DNA of 64,000 nt from IMG/VR virus record IMGVR_UViG_3300032308_002092, positions 32,001-96,000 of that record. One strand, given 5' to 3'. Below, in pieces: positions 27,955 to 37,398 of this stretch. The DNA comes from a virus. Below the pieces are notes generated by a model. The model did not search any database. It was not told the origin of the DNA and saw only the letters and a list, made by a program, of their open reading frames with translations. The first letter of the stretch is position 1. Every line of letters begins with the position of its first letter. A program made the position numbers and the translations under genes.

Positions 27955-28365
27955 TTACTCCTCTAATTCGAATTGTACTTTCTCAAATTGCGAATGCCAG
28001 CGCGCATACCCGCGGGCGTTACTGGTAAGCTTCTTCATCAGAGCACCAACTCGGAACTGCAGGTGGGTATGCAAGAAGCTAGACTCCAGCACCGGTCTTC
28101 CAGTTGGTCCGCCAATGGTGTCTGGTTTGAAGTTTTGTAGTGCCACTACTAGCTCAGTAAGTAGGTGCTGGCGGATGTCCCCTAGGGTCATACCGGTGTT
28201 ACCCAACATGATGTTGTCCCTTGTCTTCGGGTTGTTCCTAGCCTCGTTGAAGTTCTTCACCACGTGTCTTTGGATGAAGGAGTCTACCATCCACTCGTAC
28301 TTTTTAATGTCTTCGTTCGTGATCTTACGCTTAGTCAATTGTGGCCTCGTTTTCTGTGTCGTCAA
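27955..28365 (-). CDS. Short sigma-factor region-2-like protein
   Basis: DIRQHLLTELVVALQNFKP...ESSFLHTHLQFR weakly resembles sigma region 2. Confidence 0.4.
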   Translation of the reverse strand: MTTQKTRPQLTKRKITNEDIKKYEWMVDSFIQRHVVKNFNEARNNPKTRDNIMLGNTGMTLGDIRQHLLTELVVALQNFKPDTIGGPTGRPVLESSFLHTHLQFRVGALMKKLTSNARGYARWHSQFEKVQFELEE

Positions 28366-28624
28366 TAACTAGAGTTTGTGGGAAAGCTACTGGGTCGTTT
28401 AAAAAGGGAGTTTGTGGGGCAACCTCTGGATCATTTGGAATGAGAGTCAGTGGGATACGATTTGCATTTTGTGCAACAACCTCTACTAAGTCAACTCCTT
28501 CGCGTGATTTTAAAATTATTACGTGCTCAGTGTTTTTACCGTCGTGTACCAGGTCCATCATGTTCATTATGGTTCTAATATCGTCTATAGTGGCCTTGTC
28601 GTTAAGTCTGATTTTGTAGCTCAT
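28331..28624 (-). CDS. Hypothetical protein
   Basis: ORF with AGGAG RBS. Confidence 0.55.
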   Translation of the reverse strand: MSYKIRLNDKATIDDIRTIMNMMDLVHDGKNTEHVIILKSREGVDLVEVVAQNANRIPLTLIPNDPEVAPQTPFLNDPVAFPQTLVIDDTENEATID

Positions 28625-28634
28625 GTTCTACTCC

Positions 28635-28916
28635 TTATTTGTTTAGGCCTAAGTCTTTTTCCATCTCTTCTTGTGTGTATAGGTTTTCTCTGATTATCTT
28701 CACAATGGCTTGCGATACTCTGTTGCAAACCACCTCTGTATAGTCGGATAGTATCTTGGGAATAGCCTGTTCTACGGGTAGTTGCCTTAATCTATTGGAT
28801 ATATCAAGAGGATATTGATAGTGAATTTGCGACCTCAATTCCCCAGATAGTGAAATAAATTCTTGTACTATGGCGGTCTCTAGGTGCGACTTACCCTTCT
28901 TCAGCATTAGCGTCAT
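28635..28916 (-). CDS. Hypothetical protein
   Basis: ORF with AGGAG RBS. Confidence 0.55.
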   Translation of the reverse strand: MTLMLKKGKSHLETAIVQEFISLSGELRSQIHYQYPLDISNRLRQLPVEQAIPKILSDYTEVVCNRVSQAIVKIIRENLYTQEEMEKDLGLNK

Positions 28917-28926
28917 ATCTTCTCCT

Positions 28927-29271
28927 TTATTTTTCTTCGTATCTTCGGATGTTTACTTTTCTTTGGGTGGCCAAACTAACCATGTTCTCTGTTCCTCTAC
29001 CGCCTGGAAAGGCTACCACTAGGTCTGGCTTACCTTCGTCTAGCATCTGTAGGTTGCGATACGGACCTGCGGATTTCCCAAAGCGAGCCCAATCTGCGGG
29101 GAAGGTGAGTGTTTGTACTCGGTTCTTCCTCGCCCACTCCCTCGCGCAAGCGTCTGCTCCAGTGGCTCCGCCTTCTATGACCACAGTGATGTCTGACCTA
29201 TACTCGTCTAGGACTTCATCCACCGCCGCCTGGTCCCAGTAGTTTCTGCCACCACATACCAGTATTCTCAT
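28927..29271 (-). CDS. SLOG-family (DUF2493/YspA-like) protein
   Basis: MRILVCGGR, GGATGAD, AGPYRN, AFPGGRGT. Confidence 0.85.
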   Translation of the reverse strand: MRILVCGGRNYWDQAAVDEVLDEYRSDITVVIEGGATGADACAREWARKNRVQTLTFPADWARFGKSAGPYRNLQMLDEGKPDLVVAFPGGRGTENMVSLATQRKVNIRRYEEK

Positions 29272-29272
29272 A

Positions 29273-29605
29273 TCAGCTACCCGGGAACGGGGTCATGGTG
29301 CCGTCTTCTAGGTACTTTGTGGGATCCTTCCAGATGCTCATGAGACCGGTAGATCCGTCGTACTGGGTCGGGAAGTAGATCTTGTCGTTATCGAAGGCGA
29401 TGAAGTTAGGGCACTCTGGACTTCCGTAACCCGTGTGGTACGGTGTGTCTAGGATAGTGCTGTCCTTGTTGATGATTTGTCGTAACTTCACGTCTTCTAA
29501 GCTAGCCCAACCGCTGCGACCTTCGGTGTCGTGCCATATGATAGTGCCGGTTTCCCAGTCGAAACCTTCTTCAGTAAGTTCTTTTCGTAGTGTTGGGTTT
29601 CGCAT
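29273..29605 (-). CDS. Hypothetical protein
   Basis: ORF; GYG...YDG motif. Confidence 0.55.
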   Translation of the reverse strand: MRNPTLRKELTEEGFDWETGTIIWHDTEGRSGWASLEDVKLRQIINKDSTILDTPYHTGYGSPECPNFIAFDNDKIYFPTQYDGSTGLMSIWKDPTKYLEDGTMTPFPGS

Positions 29606-29616
29606 TTAGTTTCCCC

Positions 29617-29967
29617 TCACATCGTACAGTTGTCACATATTTGATCTGCTTTGTCTTCTTTACTCTTGGAGGTCTTCTCCCCATAGATTAGATCGGATAT
29701 GAGGATCTCTAGCTTGTTGCACTTGAAGTAATGTCTAGTCACGAATACCGTGCCGAAGCCGTTCATGCCGATATCTTTGGTGCATCTTTCCATAAAAGTA
29801 CCAAGCAGGTCTGGTGTGAAATACATATTGAACCGAAGGCGGGTAGAGACGTGATCCCACTTGCTGTCTTTCTCTGGAGGAAAGTGGTATGCCACAAAAG
29901 AAGTGGCCGAAGGAATGGAGACAAAAATAGCAACTGCAGATACGAAGCCTAAGATGAACTGTTTCAT
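29617..29967 (-). CDS. Membrane-anchored hypothetical protein
   Basis: N-terminal hydrophobic segment; CCGA motif upstream at ~30000. Confidence 0.55.
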   Translation of the reverse strand: MKQFILGFVSAVAIFVSIPSATSFVAYHFPPEKDSKWDHVSTRLRFNMYFTPDLLGTFMERCTKDIGMNGFGTVFVTRHYFKCNKLEILISDLIYGEKTSKSKEDKADQICDNCTM

Positions 29968-29980
29968 GGTTTAGTGTTCC

Positions 29981-30187
29981 TTATTTATCTATGTTAATTT
30001 CGGGTATCTTGTGAGGACCTTTGCGGATACAGGCTTGCACTTCCGAGTATAGCTCGTAGTTCTTCGAGCACCAGAATTCCTTATTTTCTTTTCCAATAGC
30101 GCCAACGATAAGCATGCCAGATATGAGTCCAACTAAAAGAAATACGACCGCTATAAGGGTATAAGTCATTCCGTCCTGGTGGTTCAT
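29981..30187 (-). CDS. Small membrane protein (similar to 35143)
   Basis: TM followed by C..C...P. Confidence 0.5.
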   Translation of the reverse strand: MNHQDGMTYTLIAVVFLLVGLISGMLIVGAIGKENKEFWCSKNYELYSEVQACIRKGPHKIPEINIDK

Positions 30188-30324
30188 CTAAGCGTCTCCC
30201 TTATTGCTACATATAGATAAGCTATTACCATAGCCCCAACTAAGGTGTATAAAAATAGATCCATCGGCTTAGCATCTAGTACACAAGCCTCTACGAAGTT
30301 TCTGATCGTACACTCTGTTTTCAT
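30184..30324 (-). CDS. Small membrane protein (46 aa)
   Basis: MKTECTIRNF... read by eye; ATGA overlap with the next gene. Confidence 0.45.
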   Translation of the reverse strand: MKTECTIRNFVEACVLDAKPMDLFLYTLVGAMVIAYLYVAIRETLR

Positions 30325-30331
30325 TGGTCCC

Positions 30332-30547
30332 TCACAAAGGTCTTTTGGAAATTAGCTTGTCAAGTCTTTCACACGATTCCTGTGCTCTGTCTAAAGAACC
30401 CTGGATCCGCCCAAGGCTTTGCAGTAGCGACTCGACGTCCTCCCACTTAACCCAGTCGCCTTGGGGACGTTCATCGATGCTTTCCATGCGCCAGTTGATA
30501 TCGTACCGCTTAATTTCAATCATTGTCGTTAACCCACAACCTACCAC
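30332..30547 (-). CDS. Hypothetical protein
   Basis: ORF; GDWVKWED motif. Confidence 0.5.
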   Translation of the reverse strand: MVGCGLTTMIEIKRYDINWRMESIDERPQGDWVKWEDVESLLQSLGRIQGSLDRAQESCERLDKLISKRPL

Positions 30548-30812
30548 TCTCAGGAATCATGACGGAGCCATTAGGCTGCGTACCTACTCTAAGGGTGGCC
30601 TTCAGCCAAAGGTTCTGCGCCTCGGGATCTGATGTTAAGAATGGTACGAAGTAATCAGCAACTCGGATAAACTCAGGCACCAGCTCCCAGTCGTCTGCCA
30701 TGACATCAATATAGTCGTCGTCGCTCGAATCAAACCACGCGTCTTTCGCCCAGCTTTTCCTTCTAGCTCTGCGGCCTTCGCGAATCTCTGGTAGTATTTC
30801 TTCAAGTTTCAT
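30516..30812 (-). CDS. DUF2829/Tad2-like protein
   Basis: LEEILPEI..G..ARR.SW...DVMADDWEL. Confidence 0.5.
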   Translation of the reverse strand: MKLEEILPEIREGRRARRKSWAKDAWFDSSDDDYIDVMADDWELVPEFIRVADYFVPFLTSDPEAQNLWLKATLRVGTQPNGSVMIPESGRLWVNDND

Positions 30813-31204
30813 TCATCCACCTCCACTTCAATTTCATACGGTGTGTCGATGAGCCAGCGGAGAACATAAGGACCGAGTGCTTCATCCGCCTCTTTGCGGG
30901 AACGGAACAGCTCACGGCTTATATGTATACCCCTGGAATCTGAGCAAAAAGCTGGCGCCATCTTAACCGTCTTGCGTTCCTTTGGCCGTTCTTTGCCGAG
31001 GTATTCTACGAGGTCTCTATTTACAGACTCATTACCATATACCTGATGAGTACCGTCTAAAGTCCATGAGAATTTGCCAGATTTAACAATATATCCAGTT
31101 ACGGGATACTGTGTGCCGAAGTCATTAGGGACGCAATCACTAACCACAACCTCAGCCAACCTGCCATCACGTGTCTTGTACCAGCCGCTTTGCTCAACTT
31201 TCAT
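30809..31204 (-). CDS. Hypothetical protein (YKTRDGR family, similar to 58960)
   Basis: YKTRDGRLA...W..DG. Confidence 0.55.
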   Translation of the reverse strand: MKVEQSGWYKTRDGRLAEVVVSDCVPNDFGTQYPVTGYIVKSGKFSWTLDGTHQVYGNESVNRDLVEYLGKERPKERKTVKMAPAFCSDSRGIHISRELFRSRKEADEALGPYVLRWLIDTPYEIEVEVDE

Positions 31205-31557
31205 TTCTGCTCCCTCTCACTTCCCGGAACCATCACGCTGCCCTCTGGTTGCTGGCCGATGGGGAGTGTATTTCGAAAATATGTTGGGTATGTCCCAGTT
31301 TCATAAACATAAAGTTGACTGACAGTTGGAACCAGATAATCAGCAACCCGGACGGGCTCCGACTCCAGTTCCCAGTCATCTGCTAGGATATCGTCGTGGA
31401 GAGGTAGGTACATACGACCGTCCTCCGAAATCAGTTGGTCAGGGAACTCAGGATTTATGCATATGTAGCAGTCCCAGTCTACCTCGCCGGGCCAGCTGTT
31501 TCTTCTGGCCTTCTGGCCTTTACGAATCTCTGGTAGTATCTCTTCTAGCTTTGCCAT
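31201..31557 (-). CDS. DUF2829/Tad2-like protein, paralogue of 30516
   Basis: LEEILPEIRKG.KARR.SW...DILADDWEL. Confidence 0.5.
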   Translation of the reverse strand: MAKLEEILPEIRKGQKARRNSWPGEVDWDCYICINPEFPDQLISEDGRMYLPLHDDILADDWELESEPVRVADYLVPTVSQLYVYETGTYPTYFRNTLPIGQQPEGSVMVPGSEREQK

Positions 31558-31570
31558 CTTGTCCCCACTC

Positions 31571-31960
31571 TCACTTTCTAAAAACGCGCTTGCCAGACTT
31601 GGGCGGCAGGATTCCCAGGTGCAGCCATGTAGGTGCGTCCAGTCTGTCCTCTGCATACAAGTCGAACTGCTCCAATAGACGGTTGTCGTCCTTCGTCACC
31701 ATTGCATACAGCTTGCCATCCTTGTCAGCGATGTCGATGGCAGCAGCCTTGCAGTGCGCTGAGTTCTTCGAGCCGCCAATCTTGACGTTGTATGCAGGGC
31801 TACGGTATCCACTGTTGACCGTGAACGGCATGCCCAATAGGTCACGCAGCTTGTTGACCTGGACAAGCAGCTTGATAGCGTTCATATAGTCATCATGGTC
31901 CAGCTCAGTCAGGTCCTGGCCGCCAAAGTACTCTTCAGCTGATATTTTTATTTTACTCAT
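31571..31960 (-). CDS. Peptidase M15A (possible endolysin)
   Basis: SGYRS..YN..IGG...SAH....A.D...WLH. Confidence 0.85.
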   Translation of the reverse strand: MSKIKISAEEYFGGQDLTELDHDDYMNAIKLLVQVNKLRDLLGMPFTVNSGYRSPAYNVKIGGSKNSAHCKAAAIDIADKDGKLYAMVTKDDNRLLEQFDLYAEDRLDAPTWLHLGILPPKSGKRVFRK

Positions 31961-32267
31961 TTTTTTAAGACATCCTTCGTAATAGAAATTACTGTTAAAG
32001 CGGCTGAGACCAATAAACAAAAACCCACTAATCCCAGACCACCTACGATTAAAACAGTTACAGGATGAACATTGAGAATGCATCCGTCAATAAAGTTATG
32101 GACAGTACAGCCTACGTTTTCCATACACCCACCTCTGATGTGATTCTAATCTTGCTCATTTCTTTTTTCTTCCTATCTAGTTCTTCAATTTTTCTTTCCA
32201 GAAATTTAACTTTACGCCTGGGCTCGATAACGCCGGTAATCAGTAGCACGATTGTTAGTGTTCTAAT

Positions 32268-32486
32268 TCATCGACCTCCCCTTGTTTCACCGCACGCCGG
32301 TAGCCTGGTGCCTATCACCCGCCACTCTCCCTGACCATCCGCCCAATTACCAGCGTAAAACTCTTCTATTGAGACGTAGTAGTCCAACCAGACCCACCAC
32401 CCAGCGACTCGGGTTGGGAGGTAGGCGAACCGCTCAACCTCTCGCACACCCCTATTCTCGTACTGCTTAGCGGCCTTCCATTTCAT
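32268..32486 (-). CDS. Hypothetical protein
   Basis: ORF; FAYLPT...WVWL motif. Confidence 0.5.
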   Translation of the reverse strand: MKWKAAKQYENRGVREVERFAYLPTRVAGWWVWLDYYVSIEEFYAGNWADGQGEWRVIGTRLPACGETRGGR

Positions 32487-32540
32487 TTCCTAAACACCTT
32501 TCTAGTTTCTGTAAAATCAATAGGGCCAACATACCCACTC

Positions 32541-32987
32541 CTATTTGTGGAATTTCTCAACGACGCTGCGTATCAGCAGCTCTCTCGTTTTACGTGGTAG
32601 ATTTTGTACAAACAGTATCTCTATCGCGTAGTTGATCAACTCTTTCTCACAGCCTTTAACCCTGCTGCGGGTTCTAGTCATCTTGGTTGTCTTAGGGTCA
32701 CCTAGAACATCCAGTAGTTGGTTGGTCATCACGTGTGCTATTAGCTCTATGGTAAGAGAGTAGTCGATTTGGGAAGGAGCATTTATCCCAGGGTGGGAGC
32801 ATCGTATACAGTTTGTTATCAAGTCATTTAGCATCTCGTACTCAAACTCTTGTATCGGCTGTATTGCTATGTTTTGATGTGGTGCGTTGTAGGTTCTTTT
32901 GCTCGCACCTAGCTTAAACACCTTGATGTGTGGGTGGTGGGTATTGTTGCTGTTGAGTGCAGAGATGATTCTGTCGTAGTGGTTCAT
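32541..32987 (-). CDS. Hypothetical protein
   Basis: ORF coupled by ATGA overlap. Confidence 0.55.
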   Translation of the reverse strand: MNHYDRIISALNSNNTHHPHIKVFKLGASKRTYNAPHQNIAIQPIQEFEYEMLNDLITNCIRCSHPGINAPSQIDYSLTIELIAHVMTNQLLDVLGDPKTTKMTRTRSRVKGCEKELINYAIEILFVQNLPRKTRELLIRSVVEKFHK

Positions 32988-33634
32988 ACTAACTCCATCG
33001 AGTAGATAGGTTCTTTGTCGTTGGCTCTAGCTTTGAGTACCTTGAGCCAAACTATAGATTCTGAGTTGCCCCTTAGCGCTTCCTCGACGTGATCTCTGAA
33101 GTCTTCCACGAAGTCAATCGCCCTTATGTCTTGATTAATGATCCAACTTTGGCAAATGCCCATGACTTCACTCTTTACGCGGTCGCTTCTTCTAGCGCGT
33201 ATCTTCCTATCGCTGAAGATTCCAGCTATATTCTTAAGGTGATTACTCTCTTTGTTGGTGTAGACTTCTTTGCACATCAGGTGCCTGGCGTGTCTCTGAA
33301 TCGCATCTTGGTCTGTTACCAAGCGGATCCTAAAACTAAGGGTATCTACACTCAGCTTGCCGGTAGTGAGATCGAGCCTTATCTCGCTCGGCGTATCTAC
33401 GAACTCCACTTCCGCGTGGGTTAAGTGGGTTCTGCGTATCTTCTTTGCCAAGAGGTCCTTGGCATCGAGCACGTAGTCCCACCCGCCAAAAACCATATCC
33501 TTGGTCTCTAGCGTAACAACTTCTAGGTCGCCTAAAACCTCTAGCGTATGTCTGTTAGGGATGTAGGGTAGGATTCGCTTGGATATCTCATCCATCTCTT
33601 CGTAAACTGGATCGCGCCAAAGTGATCTGGTCAT
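32984..33634 (-). CDS. Hypothetical protein
   Basis: ORF with AGGAGG RBS and CCGA motif. Confidence 0.6.
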   Translation of the reverse strand: MTRSLWRDPVYEEMDEISKRILPYIPNRHTLEVLGDLEVVTLETKDMVFGGWDYVLDAKDLLAKKIRRTHLTHAEVEFVDTPSEIRLDLTTGKLSVDTLSFRIRLVTDQDAIQRHARHLMCKEVYTNKESNHLKNIAGIFSDRKIRARRSDRVKSEVMGICQSWIINQDIRAIDFVEDFRDHVEEALRGNSESIVWLKVLKARANDKEPIYSMELV

Positions 33635-33679
33635 AACAACCTCCTTGGTATTTTTATATATTCGGGAATCAAAACAGAG

Positions 33680-35086
33680 TTACTTGCCTGGGATCTTTAC
33701 TGTTTTAGACCAGGTGCGTTCTACGAACGGATGTTTTTCAGTACCGTCCTTCTCGATAACCCAAAGCACTTCTGGGAATCTTTGGTTTGGTCTTAGCCAG
33801 CTTTCTACACCTACGTCGCTGAAGTGTCCGTCAGTAAAAACTAGTGTCAAATCCGGGCTAGTCTTCAACACGTTCTTGAGTGTGTCTTCTAAGTCTGTGC
33901 CGCCCATCTTAACGTTGTTTCGTATGGTCTCTTGCCCTACTCGATCGCCCATCTTGTACGGTTGACTGTGGTACTCTTTATCAGAGAAGAGGTGTAGCGA
34001 GCACTTACGCGCGCCTGCTTTTAGGAACTCATCTACCACTTGTAGGAAGTTATTGAGCGTCTCTACGCTGATACTGCCGCTCGTATCGCACACTATGCGC
34101 AGCTTCGGCAACGGACCTTCCTTACTACCAGGGATCAGGTTTGGAAACCGCCTGCTCTTCCTAGTCCACGAATACCTACGGTCCTGCCCAGAAGCAGATT
34201 TCTTGATCGCAGCAAGTATGAGGGCTTTGTAGTTTAGTTCTGCTCGCCTAGACTTGATCTCTTCTAGCAGCTTGCTGACCATAGCGGGTAGTCTGTCATG
34301 ACCAGTAGATGACTTGATCATGGCTCGCTTCACCAGATCTTCCATGGCATCCAGCATCTCGTCTTCTTCTGCGTTGGCTTCCCAGCCGTGGCTGTCGAAC
34401 TCTTTTGGTATGCCCTTACCTTTACCCTTACCTTTGCTTTGGCCATCCCCATCACCATCTTCGCCGTCTTCGCCATCTTCTGGCTCTTTGTAGCGATCTT
34501 TTAGGCGTAGGAAGTACTGCTCCATGGTCTCGTTCTCTGGCCAAGGTGTCTTTTTGCCTTTGTCGTCTTCGTCGTGGAAGTTCTTGGCCAGCATGGCGTG
34601 ACCGGGACATAGTTCGTTTTGGCAAGCAGCGCCTTGCTGTAATTCTTCTATTGGCGGGCATTCCTTGCAGCCAGCCGGTAAGTCTCTGATGTAGTTGTTT
34701 ATTGCGAGATCTGCAGCGATATTTAGCAACTTACGGTTGTGGTTAGATATCTTGAAGAACGGCACACGTGTCAAATGTTTGTGCACTAAGTGAAACAACT
34801 CATGAAGTAGAACAGCTCTTCTATTTTCTTGACTTAGTTTCTTCACAAAAAACATAGGGTTAATGAGAAGCATATACTTCTTCTGATCAGCGCTAAAAGT
34901 AACACCAGCTGTATCTAGTTGAAAACTATAGGTAATGTCCATGCTTTGTAGCATAGAGCAATAGAAGGTGTTGTCCTTATAAATTTCATACAAAGCAGTC
35001 GCCAAAGCCTGAGAGCGTTCAGCCTCAGTTGTCGTGTCTTTAGCGGCTTTATCTGTAGATTTAAAAATAGTAGCAGGTGCGTTCAT
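33680..35086 (-). CDS. DUF2201-type metallopeptidase + vWA-like domain protein
   Basis: HELFH, N.AAD.AIN; DTSGS MIDAS, GGTD and FTDG motifs. Confidence 0.85.
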   Translation of the reverse strand: MNAPATIFKSTDKAAKDTTTEAERSQALATALYEIYKDNTFYCSMLQSMDITYSFQLDTAGVTFSADQKKYMLLINPMFFVKKLSQENRRAVLLHELFHLVHKHLTRVPFFKISNHNRKLLNIAADLAINNYIRDLPAGCKECPPIEELQQGAACQNELCPGHAMLAKNFHDEDDKGKKTPWPENETMEQYFLRLKDRYKEPEDGEDGEDGDGDGQSKGKGKGKGIPKEFDSHGWEANAEEDEMLDAMEDLVKRAMIKSSTGHDRLPAMVSKLLEEIKSRRAELNYKALILAAIKKSASGQDRRYSWTRKSRRFPNLIPGSKEGPLPKLRIVCDTSGSISVETLNNFLQVVDEFLKAGARKCSLHLFSDKEYHSQPYKMGDRVGQETIRNNVKMGGTDLEDTLKNVLKTSPDLTLVFTDGHFSDVGVESWLRPNQRFPEVLWVIEKDGTEKHPFVERTWSKTVKIPGK

Positions 35087-35142
35087 GCTATCCTCCTTGT
35101 TGTTTATATTAGGATCGGGATATTACCTTGGACCGGTAGGGA

Positions 35143-35349
35143 CTATTGTCTTTCCCAAGGCTTTTCTGTCATGCACTCTGCGTGCCTAGGTGTGTCGCCA
35201 AATAACGCTCTGCAGAACGCAAAGGAGTGTTCGTACGTAGCTCGCACTCTACCTAGGTAGTATGAAGCAACTATGAGCATTATCAGTATAGATATGACGA
35301 ATATCATGTCTTTGTCGCTTCTTCGACTATCTATCACTCTGTTGCTCAT
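35143..35349 (-). CDS. Small membrane protein
   Basis: TM segment. Confidence 0.5.
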   Translation of the reverse strand: MSNRVIDSRRSDKDMIFVISILIMLIVASYYLGRVRATYEHSFAFCRALFGDTPRHAECMTEKPWERQ

Positions 35350-35579
35350 AGGAACGTCCTCTTGAGCATGGCAGTCACATCCATGCCTTTCTCTCTACTA
35401 GCGGCTTCAGCAGCAGCCTTAAAGCGGTTCAGCAGTATGGCGGCAACTGCAACTGGGTCTGAGCCGTCTTGTATGGCGTTGGTTACCATTATATCGATGC
35501 TGTCGCTGAATAGCTTTAATCTAAGCGTCTCTGGATCCCGCTTGATCTTCTCCATGCCTAGATCTATTACGTCGGACAT
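35346..35579 (-). CDS. Hypothetical protein
   Basis: ORF with CCGA motif upstream. Confidence 0.55.
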   Translation of the reverse strand: MSDVIDLGMEKIKRDPETLRLKLFSDSIDIMVTNAIQDGSDPVAVAAILLNRFKAAAEAASREKGMDVTAMLKRTFL

Positions 35580-35881
35580 GTTTCTTCCTTGTCCTTTTCT
35601 GACCTTCTATAGGATCGGGATGGGGTCATTGCGAGCTTCTTCTCGTACCAAGTGGGAGGCGTTGGTGGTCTTTCTTGTGCGACTTTAGCGTGGGGCTCTA
35701 GGGGTGTTTCGTCGAACTTTTGGGGAAAGAGGGTCTTTTCTATGGCGTCCTCTTGGGCCTCTAACTGCTTCTCTTCTTGCTTCTTCTGTTTCGGAGTCTT
35801 TCGGTTAGATTTAATTTCCTTGTCTTTATCGTGTCTTCCGCGTTGCCTATGCCCAACTGGTATCCTGGGACCTGCGACCAT
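35567..35881 (-). CDS. Basic hypothetical protein
   Basis: ORF downstream of a TATAAT box. Confidence 0.45.
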   Translation of the reverse strand: MVAGPRIPVGHRQRGRHDKDKEIKSNRKTPKQKKQEEKQLEAQEDAIEKTLFPQKFDETPLEPHAKVAQERPPTPPTWYEKKLAMTPSRSYRRSEKDKEETCPT

Positions 35882-35950
35882 CCAGCACCCCTTATAGTAG
35901 TTACGCTTTAAATGTAACTACTATCATTATAATACGTGATGCTTGTAGGT

Positions 35951-36793
35951 CTATTTGGAGAGATCTTCTATTATTTTAGCGAGTAAGCTAGGATCTCTGT
36001 CTGAGATCCACCTAAGGTTCTTCCATGAGAAGAAATTATAGTAGTTCTGGCCTATCCCCGGGGTAGCCTGGTGCTCCAGCGGGGACGAGTGGGCTGGCTT
36101 AGAGGAAGTCAGCTGGGTAAATATGCGAATGTCGTTCGCTAGATCAGAGGAACCACCCTCTACGCGATCGTAGCTTACTCGGGCACATCTCGCTGCAGAT
36201 CGAATCAAGTTTGCGCCTAGGTCAGAGTTAGAGCGCTCCTCATCGGTGACGAAAGGTAAGTGCCACTCGTCCTCGCTCAGAGGCTTAGCGACACTGCTAC
36301 GTAGCGCCTCCTTCATGCACCTAGCCAGCTCTCTGATCTCTGGTTGGGCATCTGGGTGATCTCGTAGTCCGAAGAAGTTCTCGTAGGAGGTTCCGGTGCA
36401 GATAACCTTGATGTTGAGGTACGGTTCTAGTACGCGGTTAGAAATTTGTTTGTGCACCATCATGGAGCTCAGCATCTTGGCCGACTCCACGGCTCTATCT
36501 CTAGCTATAAGCCATACTATCTTCGCGTAGTGGATCTGGTCTTCGGTGAGTTCTTCGTTGGCCTGCATACCCTTCTGGTTCTTACCCCAGTGAACTGGCA
36601 TAGCTGGGTCGTCCATGACTTTTTGTATCATCTTCTCGATGGGTATGGCACGAGACGAGGCAGCGTTCCTGGAGAATACGCGGTGCGTCATAAATTCGGC
36701 ATGGATAAACCGCGGATATTCAAGAACAAACGTGGTGACTCTCTCGTTGAGGTCGTTTACAGAATCCTCTATTACGTTAGCGCTTATCGTCAT
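35951..36793 (-). CDS. thyX: FAD-dependent thymidylate synthase
   Basis: EFMTHRVFSRNAASSRAIP, HKQ..NR.LEP, AQPEI, ARCARVSY, HSSPLEH. Confidence 0.85.
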   Translation of the reverse strand: MTISANVIEDSVNDLNERVTTFVLEYPRFIHAEFMTHRVFSRNAASSRAIPIEKMIQKVMDDPAMPVHWGKNQKGMQANEELTEDQIHYAKIVWLIARDRAVESAKMLSSMMVHKQISNRVLEPYLNIKVICTGTSYENFFGLRDHPDAQPEIRELARCMKEALRSSVAKPLSEDEWHLPFVTDEERSNSDLGANLIRSAARCARVSYDRVEGGSSDLANDIRIFTQLTSSKPAHSSPLEHQATPGIGQNYYNFFSWKNLRWISDRDPSLLAKIIEDLSK

Positions 36794-37073
36794 TGAATGC
36801 TCCATCATTGAAAGTGTCTCTGAGTCTGTCGAACGCGTGTGCCTTAAGGATGGTAATGGGGTCTGCACCTAGCACTGACAGTAGTTCGTCGATGGCTTTG
36901 TGCTCGTCACCGGGACTGTAGTCGGCAGAGTCTACCCACTCTATGTCATGCATAACATTTGCGAGTGCGTCGATAACTTTCTGCACGGCCAACCTGCGCA
37001 CATCTCTATCTCTGTTCTCGATAGCTAGGTCTTGCAGCTTGTGATAGAAGTAATCGTATGCTCCGCCGCTCAT
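36777..37073 (-). CDS. Conserved phage protein (MSGG.YDY...HDIEW.DS.D family)
   Basis: Characteristic motifs. Confidence 0.6.
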   Translation of the reverse strand: MSGGAYDYFYHKLQDLAIENRDRDVRRLAVQKVIDALANVMHDIEWVDSADYSPGDEHKAIDELLSVLGADPITILKAHAFDRLRDTFNDGAFNDDKR

Positions 37074-37079
37074 AGTCGC

Positions 37080-37382
37080 TTACTCCTTGTACTCTTTGAT
37101 CTTGGCCTTAATCTCTTCTACGGCTTCTTCAGCATCCTTCAGGGAGTCCTTGACATCTACGTCATCAGGGTACTTGCGTGCTTGTTGGCGCCAGAAGATG
37201 AGCTCTTCCTGCGCTGCGCGTAGCTGGGCCTTAAGCTCGTTTAGCGAGACCCTCTTCTCTAGAGCGTCGACTTGCGCCGCCTTAGCGTACCTGCTATCCA
37301 CCCAAGTGATTCCGCCAAACACAGTACCTGCCACTGCTACAATCGCAGTGAATAGCGTTAAGTATCCTTTTGCCTTGTCCAT
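37080..37382 (-). CDS. Membrane-anchored coiled-coil protein
   Basis: N-terminal TM plus coiled coil. Confidence 0.55.
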   Translation of the reverse strand: MDKAKGYLTLFTAIVAVAGTVFGGITWVDSRYAKAAQVDALEKRVSLNELKAQLRAAQEELIFWRQQARKYPDDVDVKDSLKDAEEAVEEIKAKIKEYKE

Positions 37383-37398
37383 AACGTATCTCCTTTAG

